From assembly GCA_950097015.1 (NCBI GenBank), contig CATNEN010000039.1, positions 10,602,001 through 10,666,000 on the forward strand: a DNA stretch of 64,000 nucleotides, read 5' to 3'. A model generated the notes under the pieces. The model saw only the letters and a list, made by a program, of their open reading frames with translations, did not search any database and was not told the origin of the DNA. Position numbers and translations under genes: made by a program. Below are positions 13,001-23,266 of this stretch, one piece after another. The stretch is from Macrostomum hystrix (Eukaryota; Animalia; Platyhelminthes). Positions within the stretch are counted from its first letter, which is position 1. Every line of letters begins with the position of its first letter.

Positions 13001-15642
13001 GGGTTTTTTGCCATAGACAACAGGGGTCTCAGCGGCTGCCAATCGGCAGTTGCGGGGGGGGAGTGGCACTCACTGGCGCAGATCACGCAGCCGGGCAGGA
13101 CTGTCGACGAATTCGCCGAGCTGCACGGCTTCGACACCAGGAGACCTCGGGAGTCCAGCGCCGAGCAGAACTCCGCCTGCGACTCGTTGCCAGGGAAACT
13201 GGCGTTGTCAAGGAAGCGACGCATCAGGTCGAACGGAACGAGATCGCCGCGCATCGGGTCGCCAAGTCGGAAGTTCGAATCCCGCCAGGCAGGTGTCGAG
13301 TTGCGCCTCACCGGCAGGATGAAGGGCCTGCGGGGGACGTCCGGAGTGTCGGTTGCCATGGAAACCAATAGGTTAGCAACGCTTTGGCAAATAGCGTAGT
13401 TTTGGTCATGTTTAATTGGCATGACAGCCAAATTAGGGCTGAGGACATTTTTTCCATGGCATTCCATGAAGTTGTTACCATGGAAACCGTATCTAAACAA
13501 CTAAAATATGCGTATGCTAGAAATAATATATTACATTTGAAATCGTTTTGTAGCTTAACTTCATTTAACGACGATGACGCCCTTAATTTCCATGACAACA
13601 AGCGCTCAAACCTCTCATATCTAGTGTTGGTCTCACTTTGTATTCACTGAAAATCATCACACTGAAGCTAGAAGCCTATACAGTGCATTGCTTTTGTGAA
13701 ACTTTCTTTTTATGATTGATTGACATTTAGTTCTTTTGTTCGATAGCCATAGACATGAGTCAGGTGCCATCAGTCATAGTAGATCTATTGTTTCTAGCTA
13801 GCAATTGATTAAGTGCGAATCCGAGATTTCTATTGTTCTCACAGAACGATTTAATGAAACGATTTAACAAAATTTCTTTTGAAATTTAATTGGGTTTGCT
13901 TTGCCTGTCCTTTTGATCAGGAAAATGAACAGATAGAAGTACTAGTAGATTAACTATGATTTAATAGGGGAAAGGGTGACAGGTGTCAATGCTTGCAGAA
14001 TTTTCAAACAGGTGAGATATATTTCTAACAGGTGAGATATGTTTCTAACAGGTGAGATATGTTTCTAACAGGTGAGATATGTTTCTAACAGGTGAGATAT
14101 GTTTCCTACAGGTGAGATCTGTTTCTAACAGGTGATACACTTGTCTAAAAGGTAACATGCTTATCTAATAGGTGATATACCTGTCTAACAGGTGAGCCAT
14201 GGCAACCATGGTAAGTATAGTTAAATATGTCTGTCAGGAAGTAAATTATCACAAGTACTTTTATTCTCACATGCTACCAGCAGTACTAGTGGCAGTAATG
14301 AATACCGACATCAGGTCGCTGATGTTCACGCCTACAAAACTATCAGTGTAGACAGCGCTCTTGGACACCGTGAGGTTGTCCAGACCGTATCCGCCCTCCG
14401 TCATGTACTCAATGAGGTACTCATCAACCCGCATATAGAATGAGTAGTATCTGTAGTAGGCACAGATCACGTTTGCCCAGCCCAACTGGTGCACCCAAAT
14501 GCCGCTTGATTGACAGGTGTACATTGCGCCTGTCTGATGGTAGCGCGGCAGATCAGGCTTGATGCTGATGTAATAAAAGCTGCTTTGCCCAGTTACCGTG
14601 ATGCTGACAGCGCTGGCAGCCAAGTCGGAGTCCAAACTACTCAAAGACAGTTTGAGTCCGCAGCGATCTGTCACGGAGACAGCGATTGGACGATGACAGC
14701 TGTAGAACTGCTTCAGCTGGCGTAGAGTACAGCTGCCTGGTGCTGCAGTGGCAATTTGGAGTGTGTTTGCGTCACTCAGGATTATCAGACAGGTGTCAAA
14801 CTGTAATCAGACAGGTGTCAAACTGTAATCAGACAGGTGTCAAACTGTAATCAGACAGGTGTCAAACTGTAATCAGACAGGTGTCAAACTGTAATCAGAC
14901 AGGTGTCAAACTGTAATCAGACAAGTGTCAAACTGTAATCAAACAAGAATAAAACTGTAATCTGAGAGGTGTCAAAGTGCAATCAAACTTTAATCTGACA
15001 GGTGTCAAAGTGCAATCAAACTTTAATCTGACAGGTGTCAAAGTGCAATCAAACTGTAATGTGACAGGTGTCAAAGTGCAATCAAACTGTAATGTGACAG
15101 GTGTCAAAGTGCAATAAAATTGTAATCTGACAGGTGTCAAAGTGCAATCAAACTTTAATCTGACAGGTGTCAAAGTGTAATCAAACAGTAATCTGACAGG
15201 TGTCAAATTACAATAAAACTGTAATCTGACAGGTGTCAAACAAACAGTTACAAATCAAGGAAAAGCATTCACCTGTGGAGGCGGCCGGATCTCCTTGGTC
15301 GCACTCGCTGAGGCCCTGCCAGGCGAAGCGGGCTCCCTCGCAGTGGCCGCTGTTGTTCCAGCCGGCCAATTGGACAGCGCTGCGATTGAATAGTCGGCAG
15401 CCGTCGCTTCGCCACCACGCCAGTCGACAGCGACGACTTCCGGCGGCGGCGCAGGCGGAGGCGCACCTCAGAGGCCCGACGCCACCAGCTGGGTCGAGTT
15501 GGCCGCCCAGATCACTGGCCGGACAGCCGGAGTTTCGAATAAATTGGCCAGATACGGTTGTTGCCATGGTTTCGGAGATGACGCATTGTATAGCTAGGCA
15601 ATGTAGGAGCGCGCTGATAAACGATAACATCTTTTTAGACAT
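10018..15642 (-). CDS. Secreted PAN/apple-like + multiple C-type-lectin-like domain protein; exons 15642-15273, 14742-14271, ~13381-13074, 13035-12580, 12313-11851, ~11505-11231, 10388-10018
   Basis: Signal peptide, PAN-like C..AC....C...C pattern, CTLD-like motifs (SWRWLDG..., WGWADGSPLNASDW...DCV...DC...VC). GT-AG junctions phase-consistent (1,2,1,1,2,1). The exon 2-3 link and the exon 6 acceptor are less certain, and this could be two genes. Confidence 0.65.
10430..11250. repeat. ~44-bp minisatellite derived from an exon/intron junction
   Basis: Minus-strand unit TGCAGCTGCTATGCCAGA|GTGAGTCTTTGTCCTGACTGACTGAC; first unit overlaps the exon end at 11231. Confidence 0.9.
11510..11825. repeat. 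29-bp intronic minisatellite (AATCCCAGATCCCATCATGCAGTCCTATA)
   Basis: Tandem repeats. Confidence 0.9.
12345..12586. repeat. 21-bp minisatellite derived from a 5' splice junction
   Basis: Minus-strand unit GTGAGTCAGAGGAGCTGGGAG; first unit starts at the donor at 12579. Confidence 0.9.
13352..13487. promoter_or_regulatory. Two candidate RFX X-boxes
   Basis: GTTGCCATGGAAAC (13352-13365) and GTTACCATGGAAAC (13474-13487) match the GTNRCCATGGNAAC consensus. Confidence 0.35.
14010..14195. repeat. 20-bp minisatellite (ACAGGTGAGATATGTTTCTA)
   Basis: Tandem repeats in a lectin-gene intron. Confidence 0.85.
14785..15240. repeat. 22-bp to 33-bp compound minisatellite (core GACAGGTGTCAAA)
   Basis: Tandem repeats filling lectin-gene intron 1. 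Confidence 0.9.
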
Positions 15643-15864
15643 TTTTGTCTGAGTTCTGCTGCCTTCCAGTGCATCTATGAAGCCAATCTGTTATAGGATG
15701 TCCATTTTATGCGCTTTTGAAATTAAGTTCAACCTCTGCCAGCCAATGAGTAGAAGTTACTTCCAGTAGTTTATTCGCGAAATTAATTTTTTTTCTATTA
15801 CGACTACTTGCAGTAGCATTAGTAGAAATGGCAGTTTTTTACGAAGAAAAAAGTGTTATCCGTG

Positions 15865-16070
15865 AAGTCGCTTACTGAAGGCTGCGTACGGCTGTTCAGT
15901 CCATGGACCGGGGAGATGCTGCTAACTGGTACCCTGCATTTAACAGCTGGGTGAACTGGTTGAATCGATGCAGAGTTAAGTATCTCACTAAAGAATACAA
16001 ATAGTTGCAGTGGAGTCGAGGATCGAACCCTCGACCTTAATGTCATGAGTCCGATTTTTTAAACCACGCA
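15865..16070 (-). mobile_element. tRNA-derived SINE, copy 2
   Basis: Matches 675-900 (GAAGGCTGCGTAC.GCTGTTCAGTCCA...TTTAACAGCTGGGTGAACTG...ATCGAACCC). Confidence 0.65.
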
Positions 16071-16299
16071 TTAGTAATGAAATGAAGGCAGATTATGCAA
16101 ACTTTTACTTTATAAAAAAGTAAATTTTCACTTATAAAGTGCAGTGTCCTGAAACTGTTTTGGCGCAAGTCTTCGTGCCATGCTCTACAGTAAGTTATTT
16201 TATTATTTGTTTTATAATATTTTTTGTTTTACTAATGAGTTTATTGTATAAGTAGACACATTTAGAGCGGCAAATAATGCAAGATCGATAACTACAGAT

Positions 16300-16830
16300 C
16301 AGGGATTGTGGATTTGGGATTGGGGATCTAGGATTGGGGATCTGGGTTAGGGGATCTGGAATTGGGGATCTGGGATTGGGGATCTGGGATTGGGGATCTG
16401 GGTTAGGGGATCTGGAATTGGGGATCTGGGATTGGGGATCTGGGATTGGGGATCTGGGATTGGGGATCTGGGATTGGGGATCTGGAATTGGGGATCTGGG
16501 ATTGGGGATCTGGGATTGGGGATCTGGGATTGGGGATCTGGGATTGGGGATCTGGGATTAGGGATCTGGGATTGGGGATCTGGGATTGGGGATCTGGGAT
16601 TGGGGATCTGGGATTGGGGATCTGGGATTGGGGATCTGGGATTGGGGATCTGGGATTAGGGATCTGGGATTGGGGATCTGGGATTGGGGATTTGGGATTG
16701 GGAATCTGGGATTTGGGATCTGAGATTGTGGATCTGGGATTTGGGATTTGGGATCTGGGATCTATAATTGAGGATCTGGGATTGAAAATCTGGTATTGAA
16801 GATCTGGGTTAAGGTATTTGGGATTTAGAT
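16300..16830. repeat. 14-bp G-rich minisatellite (GGATTGGGGATCTG)
   Basis: Tandem repeats. Confidence 0.95.
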
Positions 16831-16896
16831 TCTGGGACTAAGGATCTGGTATTCAGGATCTGTGTAGAAACAGGCAAATGGGATCTGGAAAGGGAT

Positions 16897-17613
16897 TTAT
16901 CTGCCCGCCAAATCATAATTCTCGCCCTCTTCGTCATAAAACAAATCCACGAGCTGCTCTTCATTATCGTATTCCTCCTCGGCAACAATTTCTCCGTCTT
17001 CTTGTTCATACGCGGAACTCCGCAAATATATGCCCTGACTTTTGTCAGCCTCGTCGTCAGATTTTTTCAACACCTCCTCGTCGACAATCTTGAAGCCCAG
17101 CGGGTTCAGCAGCTCGGTCAGTCGGACGAAGGTCTGGTAATTGTCCGGATGAAAGAACTCCTCCGTCTCCGGGCTGGAGACGCACAGCAGGTCGCAGCAG
17201 TACACGTACAGCGCGTAGGACGGATGATGCGTGGCTGAGCCGACAGGCAAGCGAAAGAATCTTCGCCAGAACGGGCCCATGAGAATCCGGTGCAGATCTG
17301 CGTAGAGCAGAAACTTGGCGTGCAGCAGGCCGACGAGTTTCAGGCCGTAGTGAACCAGAGGCACAACTAGCGGCAGCAGGAAGCCAATCAGAATCGAGTT
17401 GGCGTCGAGAAAGCCCAGCAACTTAAGCTTCAACTCAGCCTGACCGACCTGTTCAAGGGCCTGCTTGGCATCCAACGGCCGGCCTAATAGGTCGAATTTG
17501 CCAACCAATCTGACTGGCATCAGCGGATCAAGAATCAGTGGCCGCTCCTCGCGTTGGTCAGTGTTGACGCAGAAGGACAATGAGCCTTTGCCGGAGCTTA
17601 AGTAGCAGGACAT
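16897..17613 (-). CDS. Uncharacterised 238-aa protein with acidic C-terminus (single exon)
   Basis: GC-rich non-repetitive ORF between AT-rich and satellite flanks; first ATG at 17613 (MSCYLSSG...); no family recognised. Confidence 0.6.
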   Translation of the reverse strand: MSCYLSSGKGSLSFCVNTDQREERPLILDPLMPVRLVGKFDLLGRPLDAKQALEQVGQAELKLKLLGFLDANSILIGFLLPLVVPLVHYGLKLVGLLHAKFLLYADLHRILMGPFWRRFFRLPVGSATHHPSYALYVYCCDLLCVSSPETEEFFHPDNYQTFVRLTELLNPLGFKIVDEEVLKKSDDEADKSQGIYLRSSAYEQEDGEIVAEEEYDNEEQLVDLFYDEEGENYDLAGR

Positions 17614-17849
17614 TTTTAAGTATAGCGGCTTTTTCACGAATTTTACACTTCAAAAGTGAGATAAGTCTATTGAATAAAAACTGAACAACGATACTTTATA
17701 AAACACTTTGAAATCTAGGTGTGGCCATAGACATCTACGCTTTTTAGGTAGACTGCAGTATTTACGAGAGTTAACGTGAACGAGAGGACACTCAGTGACA
17801 AGTAGAGTAGAAAAATGGTTTGATACAGGGGGTATGGTGCATGGGAGAT

Positions 17850-18730
17850 AGAGGAGAGAGTATGAGAGATTGGATAGAGAGTATGAGAGATTGGATGGAC
17901 AGTATGAGAGATTGGATGGAGAGTATGAGAGATTGGATGGAGAGTATGAGAGATTGGATGGAGAGTATGAGAGATTGGATGGAGAGTATGAGAGATTGGG
18001 TGGAGAGTATGAGAGATTGGGTGGAGAGTATGAGAGATTGGGTGGAGAGTATGAGAGATTGGATGGAGAGTATGAGAGATTGGATGGAGAGTATGAGAGA
18101 TTGGATGGAGAGTATGAGAGATTGGATGGAGAGTATGAGAGATTGGATGGAGAGTATGAGAGATTGGATGGAGAGTATGAGAGATTGGGTGGAGAGTATG
18201 AGAGACTGGATAGAGATTATGAGAGATTGGATAGAGATTATGAGAGACTGGGTGGAGAGTATGAGAGATTGGATAGAGATTATGAGAGATTGGGTGGAGA
18301 GTATGAGAGATTGGGTGGAGAGTATGAGAGATTGGATGTAGAGTATGAGAGATTGGGTGGAGAGTATGAGAGATTGGGTGGAGAGTATGAGAGATTGGAT
18401 GGAGAGTATGAGAGATTGGGTGGAGAGTATGAGAGATTGGGTGGAGAGTATGAGAGATTGGGTGGAGAGTATGAGAGATTGGGTGGAGAGTATGAGAGAT
18501 TGGGTGGAGAGTATGAGAGATTGGGTGGAGAGTATGAGAGATTGGGTCGAGAGTATGAGAGATTGGGTGGAGGGTATGATAGATTGGGTGGAGAGTATGA
18601 GAGATTGGGTGGAGGGTATGATAGATTGGGTGGAGAGTATGAGAGATTGGGTGGAGGGTATGATAGATTGGGTGGAGAGTATGAGAGATTGGATGGAGAG
18701 TATGAGAGATTGGGTGGAGAGTATGAGAGA
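17850..18730. repeat. 21-bp minisatellite (GGAGAGTATGAGAGATTGGRT)
   Basis: Tandem repeats. Confidence 0.95.
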
Positions 18731-19029
18731 TACGAGTAGATATGAGGGCAGAGTAGGAAAGATGAATGAGAGATGATGCGGAACATATACCAGAAGGTAA
18801 GTGAGATCGTTTTAGCTAGTCAAATATTGCCCAGTATTAAAAACCTCATAGTACTACTAGTAGCGGTACTATATGCAAAAATATTATAAAAATAAAGTAT
18901 AAAAATGCTTTTTTACTGGAAGGGTTGTTTGTATGAATTTGATCTAATCAAAAGGGATTCGAATCAAAATGACAGAATTGCAAGAAACCTCAGCTAACAG
19001 TGGACCGACTATATTTTAGGGAGTCTGCC

Positions 19030-21185
19030 CTACATTTTAGGTGTGTGTCCTCCATTTTAGGTGTGTGTCCTCCATTTTAGGTGTCTGTCCTCCATTTTAG
19101 GTGTGTGTCCTCCATTTTAGGTGTCTGTCCTCCATTTTAGATGTCTGTCCTCCATTTTAGGTGTCTGTCCTCCATTTTAGGTGTCTGTCCTCCATTTTAG
19201 GTGTGTGTCCTCCATTTTAGGTGTCTGTCCTCTATTTTAGGTGTCTGTCCTCTATTTTAGGTGTCTGTCCTCTATTTTAGGTGTCTGTCCTCCATTTTAG
19301 GTGTCTGTCCTCCATTTTAGGTGTCTGTCCTCCATTTTAGGTGTCTGTCCTCTATTTTAGGTGTCTGTCCTCCATTTTAGGTGTCTGTCCTCTATTTTAG
19401 GTGTCTGTCCTCCATTTTAGGTGTCTGTCCTCCATTTTAGATGTCTGTCCTCCATTTTAGGTGTCTGTCCTCCATTTTAGGTGTCTGTCCTCCATTTTAG
19501 GTGTGTGTCCTCCATTTTAGGTGTCTGTCCTCCATTTTAGGTGTGTGTCCTCCATTTTAGGTGTCTGTCCTCCATTTTAGATGTCTGTCCTCCATTTTAG
19601 GTGTCTGTCCTCCATTTTAGGTGTCTGTCCTCCATTTTAGGTGTGTGTCCTCCATTTTAGGTGTCTGTCCTCTATTTTAGGTGTCTGTCCTCTATTTTAG
19701 GTGTCTGTCCTCTATTTTAGGTGTCTGTCCTCCATTTTAGGTGTCTGTCCTCCATTTTAGGTGTCTGTCCTCCATTTTAGGTGTCTGTCCTCTATTTTAG
19801 GTGTCTGTCCTCCATTTTAGGTGTCTGTGCTCCATTTTAGGTGTCTGTCCTCCATTTTAGGTGTCTGTCCTCCATTTTAGGTGTCTGTGCTCCATTTTAG
19901 AGAGTGTCTGCCCTCCATTTTAGGTGTCTGTCCTCCATTTTAGGTGTCTGTCCTCCATTTTAGGTGTCTGTCCTCCATTTTAGGTGTCTGTCCTCCATTT
20001 TAGGTGTCTGTCCTCCATTTTAGGTGTCTGTCCTCCATTTTAGGTGTCTGTCCTCTATTTTAGGTGTCTGTCCTCCATTTTCGGTGTCTGTCCTCCATTT
20101 TAGGTGTCTGTCCTCCATTTTAGGTGTCTGTCCTCCATTTTAGGTGTCTGTCCTCCATTTTAGGTGTCTGTCCTCCATTTTAGGTGTCTGTCCTCCATTT
20201 TAGGTGTCTGTCCTCCATTTTAGGTGTCTGTCCTCTATTTTAGGTGTCTGTCCTCCATTTTCGGTGTCTGTCCTCCATTTTCGGTGTCTGTCCTCCATTT
20301 TCGGTGTCTGTCCTCCATTTTCGGTGTCTGTCCTCCATTTTAGGTGTCTGTCCTCCATTTTAGGTGTCTGTCCTCCATTTTAGGTGTCTGTCCTCCATTT
20401 TCGGTGTCTGTCCTCCATTTTAGGTGTCTGTCCTCCATTTTAGAGTGTCTGTCCTCTATTTTAGAGTGTCTGTCCTCTATTTTAGAGTGTCTGTCCTCTA
20501 TTTTAGAGTGTCTGTCCTCTATTTTAGAGTGTCTGTCCTCTATTTTAGAGTGTCTGTCCTCTATTTTAGAGTGTCTGTCCTCTATTTTAGAGTGTCTGTC
20601 CTCTATTTTAGAGTGTCTGTCCTCCATTTTAGAGTGTCTGCCCTCCATTTTAGGGAGTGTCTGCCCTCCATTTTAGAGTGTCTGTCCTCTATTTTAGAGT
20701 GTCTGTCCTCTATTTTAGAGTGTCTGTCCTCTATTTTAGAGTGTCTGCCCTCCATTTTAGAGTGTCTGCCCTCCATTTTAGAGTGTCTGTCCTCTATTTT
20801 AGAGTGTCTGTCCTCTATTTTAGAGTGTCTGTCCTCTATTTTAGAGTGTCTGTCCTCTATTTTAGAGTGTCTGTCCTCCATTTTAGAGTGTCTGTCCTCT
20901 ATTTTAGAGTGTCTGTCCTCTATTTTAGGTGTCTGTCCTCCATTTTAGGTGTCTGTCCTCTATTTTAGGTGTCTGTCCTCCATTTTAGGTGTCTGCCCTC
21001 CATTTTAGGGAGTGTCTGCCCTCTATTTTAGAGTGTCTGTCCTCTATTTTAGAGTGTCTGTCCTCTATTTTAGAGTGTCTGTCCTCTATTTTAGAGTGTC
21101 TGTCCTCTATTTTAGAGTGTCTGTCCTCTATTTTAGAGTGTCTGTCCTCCATTTTAGAGTGTCTGCCCTCCATTTTAAGGTGCCT
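19030..21185. repeat. 20-bp/22-bp minisatellite (GTGTCTGTCCTCYATTTTAG[A])
   Basis: About 100 copies; unit switches from 20 to 22 bp near 20440. Confidence 0.95.
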
Positions 21186-21546
21186 GTCTCAGATTTCAAA
21201 GTTAGAGGAGAGAGGATGTGGGAGGCAGGGAGGAGAGGATGTGTGAGGCAGGGGAAGGATGTGGGAGACAGGGAGGAGAGGATGTGGGAGAAAAAAGGGG
21301 AGACGATGTGGGAGACAAAGGGGAGAGAGGATCTGGGAGACAGAGGAGAGGATGTGCTAGATAGGGGAGAGCGCGCAAGCTATGTGGGAACAGTTGCTAT
21401 GCATCAATTTCATTCTTGGCCTGCCAACCAATGACAGCGCATCGCCTCATCAAGCAGTGATGGGACATAAAAATCAAAATCCTAACCAAGAGACAAACTG
21501 CGCCGAGTCAGTTTTCGGAATTGCAAAACTAGAACAAAATATTGAG

Positions 21547-21862
21547 ATGAGTAAGTTGCGGAAACTCAACGCTTTGATTTCTCTAATCGTTTTTCATTTC
21601 TGTCTAGCAGCCGCAGGTCACGTGACTGGCCAATTCGACCGCATCTCCGGTTGCCCTAGCAACGCGGCGCGGAACGGCCTGCATCGCCGCCTGCGCCGGG
21701 CTGACTGATTCCCGCTGCCGAATTGCATTCTACAATCGACGCGCCCGGAGCTGCAGAATGTTCGATTTAGCGACTGTCAAGCCAGTCTGGGACTGGCACT
21801 GCGTTGGCGGTGGCGTCGGATACTTGAGAACGCCTTCACTCTTAAGCCTTACTCCTAGATAA
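21547..21862 (+). pseudogene. Frameshifted small secreted PAN/apple-like gene, paralogous to exon 1 of the 15642 gene
   Basis: MSKLRKLNALISLIVFHFCLAAAGHVTGQFDRISGCP, then in the +1 frame ACIAACAGLTDSRCRIAFYNRRARSCRMFD...HC; aligns with VSGQFIRNSGCP...CASACAAAGSRRCRLAWWRSDGCRLFN. Confidence 0.65.
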
Positions 21863-22374
21863 TACTAAGAGACGAAAATGTGCAGCTGTCAGAAAATGAT
21901 ATGACCAGCTGTTAAAAATATTTGATAAGGACTGTCTAGGCACGGTAATTTGTAAGAAAATTTCGTCTGGATGTAGTCACTCCCGCATTGTTAGTTTAGT
22001 TTTTAGGAGCAAGTAGATGTTTTAGATTTCAACAGCGTCTCGGTGTACTGTGGTATTATTTGGGAAAAAAGGGACGATTTCTGAAGAGCAGCACGGCAAG
22101 TTTGTTTGATATACAGAAAATGAAACTTTCTGGTTTATTTATTAAAAAAACTTGCCTTCCCAGATAAGACACCTTTTTATGTTTTGTAGTCGTGCAAAAG
22201 TGAGAGAAGTAAATACTTTTTACTAGAAAAAATTTGCACAGCCGATTACGACACAAAAAGAGGACGGATTTAAATATGGTAGAGAGCGATTCTCTAGTTA
22301 GTAACTATGCTATAAGCAAAAACAAAAACCTGCTTCACAAGACCTGCAAGCAAAAGCCTCTAAAACAGCTATTC

Positions 22375-23045
22375 ACTTGATTCTAAAGGATTATCAATGG
22401 ATTCTATCCTAAAGGATTATCTATAGATTTGATTCTAAAGGATTGTCAATGGATTCTATCCTGAAGGATTATCTATAGATTTGATTCTAAAGGATTATCA
22501 ATGGATTCTATCCTGAAGGATTATCTATAGACTTGATTCTAAAGGATTATCTATAGATTTGATTCTAAAGGATTGTCAATGGATTCTATCCTGAAGGATT
22601 ATCTATAGACTTGATTCTAAAGGATTATCTATAGACTTGATTCTAAAGGATTATCTATAGATTTGATTCTAAAGGATTATCAATGGATTCTATCCTGAAG
22701 GATTATCTATAGACTTGATTCTAAAGGATTATCTATAGACTTGATTCTAAAGGATTATCTATAGATTTGATTCTAAAGGATTATCTATAGATTTGATTCT
22801 AAAGGATTATCAATGGATTCTATCCTGAAGGATTATCTATAGACTTGATTCTAAAGGATTATCAATCGATTCTATCCTGAAGGATTATCTATAGACTTGA
22901 TTCTAAAGGATTATCTATAGACTTGATTCTAAAGGATTATCTATAGACTTGATTCTAAAGGATTATCTATAGACTTGATTCTAAAGGATTATCAATGGAT
23001 TCTATCCTGAAGGATTATCTATAGATTTGATTGTAAAGGATTACC
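22375..23045. repeat. 26-bp minisatellite (TTGATTCTAAAGGATTATCTATAGAY)
   Basis: Tandem repeats with two alternating variants, downstream of BBS4. Confidence 0.9.
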
Positions 23046-23266
23046 AGTTATTTTTCATCACAAAGATAAAATCCTAAAAACTTTGGATTCTAGATAAAAA
23101 CTTTCCAAACATAATTTCTTAAGTGCCAGTTTAAACCGTGAATGTGGTGTGCGCTATTGCTAAACAAAAGAAGAATTTGCGAAAGCCAACAGCAAAGAAC
23201 GGAATTGACCGCGACTCATTGACTTTTAGAAAAGTACTTTCTTTTTTCGCGAGTCGCTTTATCAGC

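Noticed and set aside
13054-13061. Programmed frameshift or pseudogenising indel at a G8 run
   Set aside because: A 38-nt GT-AG intron spanning the run restores the frame.
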